A DNA stretch of 64,000 bases from a virus (lineage: Duplodnaviria > Heunggongvirae > Uroviricota > Caudoviricetes), in the IMG/VR virus record IMGVR_UViG_3300032007_000008; one strand, written 5' to 3'. Position numbers and translations under genes: made by a program. Below are positions 48,118 to 57,589 of this stretch, piece by piece; within the stretch, counting starts at the first letter, position 1; every line of letters starts with the position of its first letter. The notes beneath the pieces were generated by a model. That model saw only the letters and a list, made by a program, of their open reading frames with translations, was not told the DNA's origin and searched no databases.

Positions 48118-48297
48118 TTACGATTCGATTTTGAGAATCACGTCCAAATCGCTTGTGCAGTCCTTGAACTGCTCAAACCACGGCGAAACGTCCTCGCCAC
48201 GCGCTTCCGCTTCTCTGATTGAGCGGCCAAGCCGACCATAGAAGCCCTGCGAACAGGCGAAGGTGTCAATGATGTCCATAACTTGATTTTTAGTCAT
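48118..48297 (-). CDS. hypothetical early protein
   Basis: ACSQGFYGRL motif; first after module. Confidence 0.75.
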   Translation of the reverse strand: MTKNQVMDIIDTFACSQGFYGRLGRSIREAEARGEDVSPWFEQFKDCTSDLDVILKIES

Positions 48298-48444
48298 TTT
48301 GTTTTCTCCTTCTGTTGTCCTTGAAACGCCGCCCATTATAGCAAATCGGATTCCCAAAGTCAATCCCCAAAACGAAAAATCCTAAAAAAGTTATGAACAG
48401 GTTATGAACAGGTTGTGAACAGGAAAATAATTTCATTTTCCATC

Positions 48445-48473
48445 TTGACACGGAGACTTCTCCTGCCTATAAT
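48445..48473 (+). promoter_or_regulatory. counter-oriented consensus promoter built on a CTTGACA-N6-CTTCTC copy
   Basis: TTGACA-cggagacttctcctgcc-TATAAT. Confidence 0.6.
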
Positions 48474-48495
48474 TTTGGGGCGAAGGGAGAAATGG

Positions 48496-48615
48496 TCAGC
48501 AGAAGACGCTTTCGATTAGGTCGAAGATGAAGTCAACAATGCTAATGAGCAAATCCACTCCCATAAGCACAAACGCGATGAGCAACTCTATCAGAGCAAG
48601 TACGAAATTAAACAT
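48496..48615 (-). CDS. 39 aa hydrophobic peptide
   Basis: MFNFVLALIELLIAFVLMGVDLLISIVDFIFDLIESVFC; overlaps upstream stop. Confidence 0.55.
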   Translation of the reverse strand: MFNFVLALIELLIAFVLMGVDLLISIVDFIFDLIESVFC

Positions 48616-48811
48616 TTTCAGGCCACACTTTCCTCAAATAGCCGCCTTTGCACTCGGTTTGAACGGAGCCGAACGCCTTTTCGCACCATTTTCTGCCAAG
48701 TTCGCATTTTTCGCAGGCGTTTTGGCTGTTTTCACCTTCGGCAAAGCCAATCAGCTCATAGCAATCCTCGCCAATGTTGAAATAGGTAATCTTGTCTTTG
48801 TCGTATCCCAT
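48608..48811 (-). CDS. small Cys-containing protein
   Basis: ACEKCEL...C...C. Confidence 0.55.
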   Translation of the reverse strand: MGYDKDKITYFNIGEDCYELIGFAEGENSQNACEKCELGRKWCEKAFGSVQTECKGGYLRKVWPENV

Positions 48812-48872
48812 ACGTGTACGTGCGTATGCGCGTGTGCGCGTTGTATCAAAACGGCATACAGCCACAGACGAA

Positions 48873-48980
48873 CTACTCTTCGTCCTCGTCATCTTCCTCG
48901 CAGACGCACATAAAAAGGCTTAGCGGCAGGAAGATGTCCGAAATCTGTGAGGACAGCCACTCCGTGAACTTGTCAAGCAT
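48873..48980 (-). CDS. 35 aa peptide with acidic tail
   Basis: Manual translation, coupled to the kinase stop. Confidence 0.45.
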   Translation of the reverse strand: MLDKFTEWLSSQISDIFLPLSLFMCVCEEDDEDEE

Positions 48981-49374
48981 CTGCCGAAACCTCCTCTTCT
49001 CCATCCCAATCCTCAAAGCCATCCCTCATGCGTTTCAGCACGTTTTCGGGAACATCGTGTATGCTTCCATACGACGTGTTGAGACGTATCACCTTGAACG
49101 GCTGGTTGGTGGACGCGGCAAGGTTCTGATAGACCTCTATGAACTTCCTGTGGACGAAGGTGTTTGCCACAACCACGTCCATCCCCTTCAAGGCGGACAG
49201 GGTTGCCATGCCTACGCACCACTCAATCGCTTCCTTCTGCCGCTCCACGTCGAACTTGTACTTTCCGTCGCGCACATGAAACATATCGTTTTCAAGAATG
49301 AGCGCGTTTGGAAAATGCTTTTTCGCGTAGGTGGACTTCCCTGCTCCCGGCAGTCCTCGTATAACGACAATCAT
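48973..49374 (-). CDS. P-loop kinase (AAA_33/polynucleotide kinase-like)
   Basis: IRGLPGAGKSTYA, VVVANTF, SIHDVP. Confidence 0.88.
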   Translation of the reverse strand: MIVVIRGLPGAGKSTYAKKHFPNALILENDMFHVRDGKYKFDVERQKEAIEWCVGMATLSALKGMDVVVANTFVHRKFIEVYQNLAASTNQPFKVIRLNTSYGSIHDVPENVLKRMRDGFEDWDGEEEVSADA

Positions 49375-49390
49375 GGCGTGTCTCCTTTTG

Positions 49391-49705
49391 TCAGAACATA
49401 TTGACGGTAATCGTATCGTCCGTAAATCGAAAGCCGAATCCGTTTCCCTCCACCATGCAGTCCCAATCGCAGAGGTCGGAGAAATCGAAGCCCTCCGTGC
49501 GCTCAAGCACCATTTCGACCTCATCGAGAAACTTGTCCTTGTGGACTATTCCGTTGTGGCCATCTATCTCGACACCTCCCATCCGTATAAGATGGCTCAG
49601 GTCCATTTTCAGCTCGACCTTTTCAGGCGAACCGCAATCCTCTCCAAACTTGCCGTCGTCGAATTTGATGTTGCAGATGGTGACTTTTAGCTTGCACAGG
49701 CTCAT
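49391..49705 (-). CDS. hypothetical early protein
   Basis: First gene after module. Confidence 0.75.
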   Translation of the reverse strand: MSLCKLKVTICNIKFDDGKFGEDCGSPEKVELKMDLSHLIRMGGVEIDGHNGIVHKDKFLDEVEMVLERTEGFDFSDLCDWDCMVEGNGFGFRFTDDTITVNMF

Positions 49706-49782
49706 TTTGTTCTCTCCTTTGTTGTCCTTGAACGCCGACTATTATAGCAAATACGCCTTTCAAAGTCAAGGGGCAAAATGAT

Positions 49783-50049
49783 TTATTTTGCGGACGAGTA
49801 GAGTTCGGACGAGTAGAGTACGACGGGTTCTATCTTCCAAGCAACGTCTCCGGCCGAGTATTCCATGAAGTCCTCATGCCACTGTATGTCACCGAAATTG
49901 CTTGTGCCGTCGGCCATTATGCAACGGATGATGTCAACGTACATGGATGTCTTGGCGGCGTCCAGCGAATCATACGCAGACACGCCGATTGTCTTTCCGT
50001 TGCTGGTAATCGTCAGTACAAATACGTTTTCCTTCTTGTGAATTGCCAT
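49783..50049 (-). CDS. hypothetical early protein
   Basis: AAGGGG RBS. Confidence 0.65.
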   Translation of the reverse strand: MAIHKKENVFVLTITSNGKTIGVSAYDSLDAAKTSMYVDIIRCIMADGTSNFGDIQWHEDFMEYSAGDVAWKIEPVVLYSSELYSSAK

Positions 50050-50089
50050 TGGTTTTCCCCTTTTGTGGTTTTGGTATCGTTTCCTGCCG

Positions 50090-50530
50090 CTATACTGCGC
50101 AGACAACTTCGTAGTTCAAATCCGTGGTATTGCAACTGCCATTATCGTCGAACTCGTGGATTCGCAGTAAGTCCAAGGACATTTCACCTCCGCAATGCCG
50201 AGCAAGAGCGGCTGTTGTCTTGACAAGTTCGCCTATAATCGGGAAATGCTCGACAAATACTCCGTTGACGTATTGGCCGCTTTGCCCCTGAATTGGAATA
50301 TATGCGTGAAAATCCATTGGATGCAGAAACACGTTGGCGGATGTTGAAATCAGATGGTCGGAACCGGAAAAGCCGTTTTCGTCGCGGAAGTAGTGCCAAA
50401 AGATGCCCGTTCCCTTCTGGGACAGATATTCGCGCCATTTATTGGCGGTAAAGGTAGTCCATCCGTTTCCCCATTCGTACAGTCCGTGAAAAATTCCACG
50501 TATTTCGATTATGCGATGGCTTTTTCCCAT
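50090..50530 (-). CDS. hypothetical early protein
   Basis: AAGGAG RBS. Confidence 0.7.
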   Translation of the reverse strand: MGKSHRIIEIRGIFHGLYEWGNGWTTFTANKWREYLSQKGTGIFWHYFRDENGFSGSDHLISTSANVFLHPMDFHAYIPIQGQSGQYVNGVFVEHFPIIGELVKTTAALARHCGGEMSLDLLRIHEFDDNGSCNTTDLNYEVVCAV

Positions 50531-50544
50531 GACGGCTACTCCTT

Positions 50545-51126
50545 TCACTCCGCTTCCTTGAAAATGTCCTCTGGCTCCATGAACGACATGAACTCGTCCC
50601 CAAAGCCGTTCTTCTCCACGGGGTCGCACTCCATGTCCTCGTCTGGATACTCCAACTCGTAGTCCCTCGTCTCGTAGGTGACGTTGCCCTCGCTGTCGCA
50701 GGTTGCGTGTTCGGCAAAGCCAAAACCCGGTTCCGTTGCGAACAGTTCAACGCCTATGCCGAGAAGCGGAGCAAGGTGGATGAGTCCCGTGATGTGAGCC
50801 GTTCCGTGGATTGGCTTGTCAAACTTGTCCCTCATGCCCTTCGTGCCGTCAGGCTTCGTGTATTCCTCCTGCTCAAAACCCTTCACGATAAGGCGGTTCG
50901 GCTCGTCCTGCTGATAGAACCAATCTCCGCTCGACCATGCGGATTCCGTGTAGAAGTCCGCAACCCAAAAGCCGCCCTTCTTCCGCAGTTCCACCGCTTC
51001 TGAAAAATCGCGGACGCGGTGGCAGAAGAACTCCTTGTCCTTGTAGTTCATAATCTTCGCAAATCGGTTGATAGCCCTCTTGGACTTCGACACGACACGC
51101 ATCTGACCACAGCAACAGTTAGCCAT
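50545..51126 (-). CDS. hypothetical early protein
   Basis: MANCC...AWS...EPGFGFAEH; first after module. Confidence 0.75.
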   Translation of the reverse strand: MANCCCGQMRVVSKSKRAINRFAKIMNYKDKEFFCHRVRDFSEAVELRKKGGFWVADFYTESAWSSGDWFYQQDEPNRLIVKGFEQEEYTKPDGTKGMRDKFDKPIHGTAHITGLIHLAPLLGIGVELFATEPGFGFAEHATCDSEGNVTYETRDYELEYPDEDMECDPVEKNGFGDEFMSFMEPEDIFKEAE

Positions 51127-51206
51127 TGTTTTTCTCCTTTTGTCCTTGAAACGCCGCCTATTATAGCACAACAGGATTGTGAAGTCAAGGGGGTTCAGCA
51201 GGATTT

Positions 51207-51785
51207 TCAAAAATATCTGTGGTTGCCAGACTTATCGACAGTTCCGGAGCATTTCACCTCGACATCATCCGTGGCTTCAAATCCGTCCGTCCACACGCAG
51301 ACCTGTCCCATGCTGATGATTTTGTTCATCTTCTTCTCCGCGTCCTTTCTGGAAGCGGCTTCGATTTCATAGGACTTCGCAACGTCCCAATGGACATCCA
51401 CGACAAACGTGCGGGTTTTCCTCTTCGACTGCTCCCTCTTCTTCTTCTTCTTCTTCCGCTTCGCAATCCCCTTCTTCAACTCCCCAAGAAGAAACGCGAG
51501 GATTTCAAGGGAATCCTCCAAGCCGTTGCGCACCGCCTTCACCACCATCTTCTGTCCCCACCCCTCGAAGTCCGACGTATAGCCGTTTGTGAGGAACTCT
51601 GACGGACGGCCTTTCAGACTACTGCGGATGATGCCGTCGTTCGCCGTGGACCAATACCATGCGCTCTTGCCTGTCATGGCTTCCCATTCGTACTCGATGT
51701 TGCAGGCAAGGTCGTTTTCGCCGCCCCATACCGATTCGCAGATTTCATACTGCTTATGCGTCACTTCAAAACCGCACCACTTCAT
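51207..51785 (-). CDS. two-domain early protein with poly-Lys linker and DpnD-like C-terminus
   Basis: KRKKKKKKR linker; YEIEAASRKDAEKK. Confidence 0.7.
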   Translation of the reverse strand: MKWCGFEVTHKQYEICESVWGGENDLACNIEYEWEAMTGKSAWYWSTANDGIIRSSLKGRPSEFLTNGYTSDFEGWGQKMVVKAVRNGLEDSLEILAFLLGELKKGIAKRKKKKKKREQSKRKTRTFVVDVHWDVAKSYEIEAASRKDAEKKMNKIISMGQVCVWTDGFEATDDVEVKCSGTVDKSGNHRYF

Positions 51786-51883
51786 GTTGATTCTCCTTTT
51801 TGTCCTTGAAACGCCGCCCATTATAGCAAAACCCCCTTGCAAAGTCAAGGGGGTCTGCGAAGATTTCTGATTTTTTTCCTGAA

Positions 51884-52525
51884 TCAGTTGTCGTTCAAGC
51901 ATAGGCGGGTAGGCGGGTTGTTCGTGAAGAAGGCGAAGAAGTTGCCGAAAAGGTGAACCTTCTTGCCCTCTGCTCCGTCCTCCACTCCCTCTGCCGCCTT
52001 GTACATCGCATCGCAGAACTTCCGCTTGTCCTTGAAGCACAGGCCATCCTTGCCGTTGCAGAAGTCCCACACGGCATTGATGCACTCCTTCTTGGTAGAA
52101 CCGCGAATGACGCTGTGCGCGAAGGACGGCACTCCGCTGTTCACGTAATCCTCCCATTCGCCAAGAGCGAAACCGATGACCGCGTGGAACGATTCCTGAT
52201 TCTCGTTCGCCCTCTTGACAACCTCTTCATACACCTTGACAATCCTGTTCGCACGGTCGGTTGCCCAATCATGGAACTTTATCTGCTCGTCGATTTCGCC
52301 GTTCACGATTTTCTCAAGGTCGAAACCTCCGCGTCCGCCGATTGCTTCGTCGAACTGCTCCACGACGGAATCCCAAGGAACGATTTGGTTCAGTGCGTCT
52401 GGATAGGGAATTTCCTCCATGACCTTGCAGGTGCCGCCGTCCTCTCCGTCGCAACCCGTGTTCCACATCTTCAATGCGGTGACGAGCTTGTTGTAGTTGA
52501 TTGGTACTTGGAACTTCATCTTCAT
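51884..52525 (-). CDS. hypothetical early protein
   Basis: AAGGAGA RBS. Confidence 0.75.
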   Translation of the reverse strand: MKMKFQVPINYNKLVTALKMWNTGCDGEDGGTCKVMEEIPYPDALNQIVPWDSVVEQFDEAIGGRGGFDLEKIVNGEIDEQIKFHDWATDRANRIVKVYEEVVKRANENQESFHAVIGFALGEWEDYVNSGVPSFAHSVIRGSTKKECINAVWDFCNGKDGLCFKDKRKFCDAMYKAAEGVEDGAEGKKVHLFGNFFAFFTNNPPTRLCLNDN

Positions 52526-52538
52526 GTCTTTTTTCTCC

Positions 52539-52742
52539 TTAGTGTTCGTTTACAAAACGGTCTTTGTTGCAGGCTTTCATGGCTTCCTGCACCAATTCCA
52601 ATGCGTCGTTGAGACAAGTCTCGACGGTATCGCGGTCTTCCGTGTAGTCCATTGCCGAAACCTCGTCACGAACCGAGAGCAAGGAGTTCTCGATGTCGTT
52701 CAGTTCATCGTATTCGGCCATCAGTTCAGCGTCGTTTTTCAT
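52539..52742 (-). CDS. acidic helical early protein
   Basis: In operon. Confidence 0.65.
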   Translation of the reverse strand: MKNDAELMAEYDELNDIENSLLSVRDEVSAMDYTEDRDTVETCLNDALELVQEAMKACNKDRFVNEH

Positions 52743-52755
52743 GGTTCTTCTTTCT

Positions 52756-52926
52756 TCAAGAGTTTTTGTAGAGTTCAGTGTCAATCAACGCATATCCAAT
52801 AGCTTGCAGAACAATGATGGCTTCATCCGGCTCAATTCCATTGTCAATGAGAATCTGCTCGGCTTTCTTCACATTGCTGGTCTTGATTTCATAGTTGACA
52901 TCAGCTACAACTTCATCTTTGTTCAT
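52756..52926 (-). CDS. small hypothetical early protein
   Basis: 56 aa, LIDNGIEPDEA..VLQAIGYAL; first after module. Confidence 0.7.
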   Translation of the reverse strand: MNKDEVVADVNYEIKTSNVKKAEQILIDNGIEPDEAIIVLQAIGYALIDTELYKNS

Positions 52927-53175
52927 GGGTTTCTCCTTTTTGTCCTTGAACGCCGCCCATTATAGCACAACAGGATTGTGAAGTCAAGGGGACTGACGAA
53001 GATTTTTCAAAAAAAAAACTTTCAGAAAACCCTTGACAAATCAGCTTCTCTTTGGTCGAGAAGAGTTTGAAAAAAAAAATAAAGGGGACTGACGGCGTGT
53101 GTTGTTCAAGGAGAGCCGTCAGTCCCACGCAACGTCCGCCCGCATGGATTAGCGGGGAGAAAACGCGGACTTGCG

Positions 53176-53343
53176 TCAAAATCTTCGCATATTGTACCAG
53201 ACGAACGCAAAGCAGGCAATGACGATGAGCAACTGAATCCAGAACGGAGCGAGAACCCACCACCAACTCCAGCCGATTGTTCCGCAGAGTTTCAGTATGA
53301 TGAAAACGATTCCGAGCAGGTCGAGTATTGATGTGTGTTTCAT
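53176..53343 (-). CDS. small membrane protein (LKLxGxIxWSW family)
   Basis: LKLCGTIGWSWWWVLAPFW. Confidence 0.75.
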   Translation of the reverse strand: MKHTSILDLLGIVFIILKLCGTIGWSWWWVLAPFWIQLLIVIACFAFVWYNMRRF

Positions 53344-53344
53344 T

Positions 53345-53653
53345 TTATGCAGCCTTTCCGTAGGTGTAAGAAATCTCTCCGCGAAGTTCGCAGTTCACGT
53401 ATTCCGCCTGTTTGAGGAACTGTTCAAGTTCGCCGATGTGATATGCGATGTCGGTCTTTTCAAGGCAACCCCGCGTGTTCAGGTAGCCGACCTGACGGCA
53501 ATGCGCACCGTCTCCCCATGCGTCGAAGAAGCAGGTTCTACCTTGGTGGCGGACAACCATCTTGTCCCAATGAACCACCTTTGAAGGCCCATCGCCGTCT
53601 CTGCCGCCGACCCACATATACGTGGGACTGTAGTTGCTCTGTTCGCTACTCAT
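53345..53653 (-). CDS. hypothetical early protein
   Basis: First gene after module. Confidence 0.7.
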   Translation of the reverse strand: MSSEQSNYSPTYMWVGGRDGDGPSKVVHWDKMVVRHQGRTCFFDAWGDGAHCRQVGYLNTRGCLEKTDIAYHIGELEQFLKQAEYVNCELRGEISYTYGKAA

Positions 53654-53745
53654 CGTTTCTCCTTTTGTTGTCCTCAAAACGCCGCCTATTATAGCACACT
53701 CCGCAGTTTCTGTCAACAGTCTTTTTGAAAAATCGTCAGACCGAA

Positions 53746-54006
53746 TCAGGCTCGTTCCCTGCCGAAAATCGCATAGGCGAGCATACGGCAGTTTTCCCTG
53801 ATGTACCTCTCGACCTCCCAATCCATAGAGGGTGTCGGGAACTTGTCCTCCAAGATTGCGTTGAACTTGTCAACCCATTCCTTCTTTACGCCCAAATCGT
53901 CATAGAGTTCAGCGGTTCCGTCTGGCGCGGACGTTCTGTCCTCTCCCCCTATCAGATTATAGAGAACGTCAATCGGCTTGATTTCCTCTGTATGCAGTAT
54001 TGTCAT
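53746..54006 (-). CDS. hypothetical early protein
   Basis: AAGGAG RBS. Confidence 0.7.
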   Translation of the reverse strand: MTILHTEEIKPIDVLYNLIGGEDRTSAPDGTAELYDDLGVKKEWVDKFNAILEDKFPTPSMDWEVERYIRENCRMLAYAIFGRERA

Positions 54007-54020
54007 GGCAACAACTCCTT

Positions 54021-54704
54021 TCAAAGTGCGATTTTCACGTACACGCCGACATTCTTCGTGTCGGCCTTGGCCTGTTCTCTCTTGTTTGCCATTCCGCGAA
54101 AACTCTCAATGCGAGACTTGATGGCTTCCTGCGCAGAATCCCACAGGAACTTCGTCTGCGACTGCGAGTTCTTGGCGAGAAAGTAGATGTACCGCCACGT
54201 TTCCGCGTTGTACTTTCCGTCAAGGTTGTATTGCGGCGCATTGTGCTTCGTGAGAGAACTGCTTGAGCAGATTCTGTACTGCGGAAGCGAAGTGTCTGAC
54301 GTATAAGCGCGGACTTCCACGATGTTCACGCAGTCTGGCGTGACCTTCGCGTACAGTCCGCCTGCGTTTCCCTTCCAATACTTCATGTTAGGCGGAGGGG
54401 TGAGCCAAAACGCGATGTCAAAGAACTTCGTGATGTGCGCAACAACCATGTACTGCGAACAGAACATATCGTTGAAACCCGAGTTGTCTATGCGGAGATT
54501 GTTGAAGTCAAGGAAAAGCTCCTTGTTTTCGCGGATTGTCTTGGTAAGGAAGTCTTGAATCTCCTTGTAGTCCTGCATTGCGGCCTTTGCGAACGCCGCA
54601 ATCTTTTCGTCATGGTAAACCTCGTTCATCTTCTCCGCAACTTCCTTCATGGAAGCGAGGTCTTTGACGAGATTTTTGATGTTGGTTATGTCAGCCTTTG
54701 TCAT
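54021..54704 (-). CDS. hypothetical early protein
   Basis: First gene after module. Confidence 0.75.
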   Translation of the reverse strand: MTKADITNIKNLVKDLASMKEVAEKMNEVYHDEKIAAFAKAAMQDYKEIQDFLTKTIRENKELFLDFNNLRIDNSGFNDMFCSQYMVVAHITKFFDIAFWLTPPPNMKYWKGNAGGLYAKVTPDCVNIVEVRAYTSDTSLPQYRICSSSSLTKHNAPQYNLDGKYNAETWRYIYFLAKNSQSQTKFLWDSAQEAIKSRIESFRGMANKREQAKADTKNVGVYVKIAL

Positions 54705-54892
54705 TTGTTTTCTCCTTGTTTGCCTTGAACGCCGCCCATTATAGCAAAACAGGATTGTGAAGTCAAGGGGTCTGACGAAGATTTTTCAAAAAAAAATGTC
54801 AAGAAAAGACTTGACAAAATCACTTCTCCTTGACACTTGTTTCAGGATTGAGAAATAGGTGTGACATTTTGTCACACCTATCCCTCGGCGGA

Positions 54893-55237
54893 TTACCGTG
54901 TGGTCTTAGCAATCTTGGCCAAATCTTCCGGCGAATACTTCTTGCCGACCACAAGACGGTCCCAAATCTTTCCCGTGAACTGCGGAAGGCCGACATTTGC
55001 GCTCCAGCGGTTCAAATGCCCCATAGAGGTCTTGGAGTAGCCGAACCAAAGCCGCACGAAACGACCATCTGGGGTTTTCATTGCGATTGGCGAACGGTAC
55101 GAAATGCACACGTCATATCCGTTCTTCGCAAGGCGATAGACACTTCCGTGCCACGGCGCACCGTGATAGAGTTTCTCCCAATTCTTCTTGGGGGTGAGCA
55201 TGAGTTTGTCGAGCATCTTGAACTCGCGTTTGGTCAT
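54893..55237 (-). CDS. hypothetical early protein
   Basis: ISYRSPI...YSKTSMGHL motif, distantly like 37223..37489. Confidence 0.75.
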   Translation of the reverse strand: MTKREFKMLDKLMLTPKKNWEKLYHGAPWHGSVYRLAKNGYDVCISYRSPIAMKTPDGRFVRLWFGYSKTSMGHLNRWSANVGLPQFTGKIWDRLVVGKKYSPEDLAKIAKTTR

Positions 55238-55250
55238 TGTGGTTTTCCTT

Positions 55251-55487
55251 TCATTTCAGGTGGGTTTTGAGAATCTTGAGGGCGTTCTTCATGTTGAGTT
55301 TCTCGTCCTTCAAAGCCTTGCTCCTCCAGTTGTCTGGGTAGCATTTCATTATCGTGTCGAGAACTCCAATGGCGGATTTCAAGTTGGATATGGCCTTTTC
55401 GCAGTCCTCCATGTAATACCGCAATGTCGCGGTAATGTCCTTGTTCTCCGGCGTGTCAAATTCACTCGTTTCCGTCTTTCGAGCCAT
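55251..55487 (-). CDS. hypothetical early protein
   Basis: GGAGG RBS. Confidence 0.7.
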   Translation of the reverse strand: MARKTETSEFDTPENKDITATLRYYMEDCEKAISNLKSAIGVLDTIMKCYPDNWRSKALKDEKLNMKNALKILKTHLK

Positions 55488-55502
55488 TTCGACCTCCGCG
55501 AA

Positions 55503-55811
55503 TCAGGACGGAAACCTATCGTCCTTGTAGGGGTTCTTGAATCCGCCGAAATAGACGCGGCGGTTGTTCTGGTCCTGCGGCACATATTCCGTATCGAGCC
55601 TTGCGTTGAGGATGAACTTCAACGGGCAGGAATCGCGCCACACCTTCGGCAATGCGTAGATTGGCAGGAACGAATAGCCGTAGAAGGTCATCATCGAAAT
55701 GTCGGTCAAGTCCTCGCAGATGTAGATTTTGTGGCAACCGTCATACGCGAACACGCCGCAGGTCTTGACTTCAACGCCGTTTATCGTGAACTTGCCGTCT
55801 GTCTTTTTCAT
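55503..55811 (-). CDS. hypothetical early protein
   Basis: FAYDGCHKIYICED...SCPLKFI motif. Confidence 0.8.
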   Translation of the reverse strand: MKKTDGKFTINGVEVKTCGVFAYDGCHKIYICEDLTDISMMTFYGYSFLPIYALPKVWRDSCPLKFILNARLDTEYVPQDQNNRRVYFGGFKNPYKDDRFPS

Positions 55812-55886
55812 GGTTTCTCCTTTTTGTCCTTGAAACGCCGCCTATTATAGCACAACAGGATTTCAAAGTCAAGTCGAATCTGAACT

Positions 55887-56150
55887 TTACCTGTATTTTT
55901 TCCATGTGTCCTTCAGCGGAAGGAACTCCACGTCGATAAAGGTCTTTTTGCTTTTGAGCAGTCCCTTGCGGTAAATGTACCGCTCGGCGTGTTTCTGCGA
56001 ATCGAAGATGTACGGCATCACCTCGTTTTTCAATCCTATCCTCTTCTTGCCGACAAGTTTCCCCTTGTACAGTACGTAATAGAGGTACCAAGCATATACG
56101 CCGCTTTCGTGGTATTCCGCGAGAATCTTTACGTTTTTTGAAATGTACAT
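55887..56150 (-). CDS. basic hypothetical early protein
   Basis: GGAGG RBS. Confidence 0.65.
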   Translation of the reverse strand: MYISKNVKILAEYHESGVYAWYLYYVLYKGKLVGKKRIGLKNEVMPYIFDSQKHAERYIYRKGLLKSKKTFIDVEFLPLKDTWKKYR

Positions 56151-56473
56151 CACACCACCTCCGGTCTTTCGATGAGCGCGGTCTGCATCGCAACGCGCCA
56201 CTTGTGTACGCACTCCACCTCGTCATAGTCTGGGTCTCCCTCGCTCTTCAAGCCGAGTTTCACGGTTGCGTTGTCTCCGTTGTTCTCTTCTGAAAGGACA
56301 TCATAAACCGTGTCGCCCTCCTTCAACCCCTTCAAGGTCTTTTCGTAGTCCCTTTGAAGAAACGCGGCGGCTTCCTCTTCGGAATCGTATGAGGCCAATA
56401 TGCGGATATACGGCTCCTGAAAGCGGTCATGCTCGACCATCGCGTAGAGTACGTTCCATATTCTCTTTTTCAT
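56150..56473 (-). CDS. hypothetical early protein
   Basis: First gene after module. Confidence 0.75.
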   Translation of the reverse strand: MKKRIWNVLYAMVEHDRFQEPYIRILASYDSEEEAAAFLQRDYEKTLKGLKEGDTVYDVLSEENNGDNATVKLGLKSEGDPDYDEVECVHKWRVAMQTALIERPEVV

Positions 56474-56648
56474 GGCTTCTCCTTTGTCCCTTAAACGCCG
56501 CCAATTATAGCATATCAGGATTGTGAAGTCAAGGGGGTCGCAGAAGATTCTTCAAAAAAAAACTTTCAGAAATTCCTTGACAAATCAGCTTCTCTTTGTT
56601 TGCGCAGACTGAAATCAAAAGGCGGCGGATTTCTCCGCCGCCGTTCCG

Positions 56649-57305
56649 TCACACCCAAGTGAAGAGGAACACATAGCCCTCGTTCTCTGGGTCGGTCATT
56701 TCCTCCAGCACCTCTTCAAGCGCACTTATGATGTTGCTTGCGCCCTTGCAGTATGGAGAATGTTCCCAAGGAAAGCAGTAGTGGTAGGCCCTGTGGTGAT
56801 AGACCTTCTCGACTTCCTTGTAGATGGCCACGTTCTCCTTTGAACTGCCGTAGTAGAGATATTCGGGGTCGTTCGGGTAATTCGGGTCTTTCGGCTTGTC
56901 CTCGACGTATTTCGGCTTGTCCTTCGACGTGAGATAGACCTTTTTCATGCACTCGCCCGCTTCTCCGTCCTCGTCGTATGGCATGGACGCAACCTTCCTG
57001 TCAAGTTCCTTGAAAACCTCAAGGGCCTTTGAGACGCTCTCTGCGGTCACGACAATCGCCTGCTCGTCCTCCGTTTTGTACTTGTTTTTCAGGAAGTCCG
57101 CAAGTTCCTTGTCTCCGTCCGCGAATCCGTCGGCAGGCTTTACGAGCCTATAGAGGAAATCCTCGCGGTCAAGGTCGCATACGACCGTATGGTAGTCCGG
57201 ATTGTAGTCCTCGATGCACCATCCGTCCTTGTCCATGATGAAACGGGACTTGCCGTTCAGGAAGTTCTCCCTCTTCACCTTCTCGAAACTGTATGTGTCT
57301 CCCAT
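56649..57305 (-). CDS. acidic hypothetical early protein
   Basis: GAGG RBS, 218 aa. Confidence 0.75.
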   Translation of the reverse strand: MGDTYSFEKVKRENFLNGKSRFIMDKDGWCIEDYNPDYHTVVCDLDREDFLYRLVKPADGFADGDKELADFLKNKYKTEDEQAIVVTAESVSKALEVFKELDRKVASMPYDEDGEAGECMKKVYLTSKDKPKYVEDKPKDPNYPNDPEYLYYGSSKENVAIYKEVEKVYHHRAYHYCFPWEHSPYCKGASNIISALEEVLEEMTDPENEGYVFLFTWV

Positions 57306-57313
57306 GTTTCACC

Positions 57314-57589
57314 TCACTTTTCGCAGAATCCCAAAGACGCAACATCGTCCATAAGCGAGATAATCTTCTCTATCTCGTCCTTGCCCGTGTCGGTCAGAAT
57401 GGCCGCACCGCGCAGTATGTACTTCAAATCCTCATATACCTTCTCACCCTTCTTCGTGAAAGGGTGGAGTTCTCCGCGTGAATCCTCGCGGACGCATTTA
57501 AGGTAGAACTTCGCCTTTTTGCCGCCGTTTACCGTGGCAAGCAGAACTTCAAGCGAAGGGAACTTTTGCCTTGTCTTGTTTAGTTTCAT
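57314..57589 (-). CDS. hypothetical early protein, paralog of 47118..47420
   Basis: LEVLLA.VNGGKK...FTKKG. Confidence 0.75.
   Translation of the reverse strand: MKLNKTRQKFPSLEVLLATVNGGKKAKFYLKCVREDSRGELHPFTKKGEKVYEDLKYILRGAAILTDTGKDEIEKIISLMDDVASLGFCEK

Noticed and set aside
33750-52157. Shared peptide motifs such as PLTRKPYYAIIGG, LLCYNRRRF and NAAYYSI in many listed ORFs
   Set aside because: They are translations of the DNA promoter repeat in different frames; true starts lie after the AAGGAGA RBS
47571-54881. TGTCA/TGACA palindromes at 47571-47598 and 54855-54881 as separate operators
   Set aside because: Both sit right after a stop codon and are followed by T-rich sequence on the minus strand; intrinsic terminators explain them
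21696-55850. Long plus-strand ORFs such as 21696..22580, 23424..24089, 33034..33798, 39145..39957, 51953..52612 and 55188..55850
   Set aside because: Antisense shadows of RBS-led minus-strand genes; no RBS or recognisable motifs
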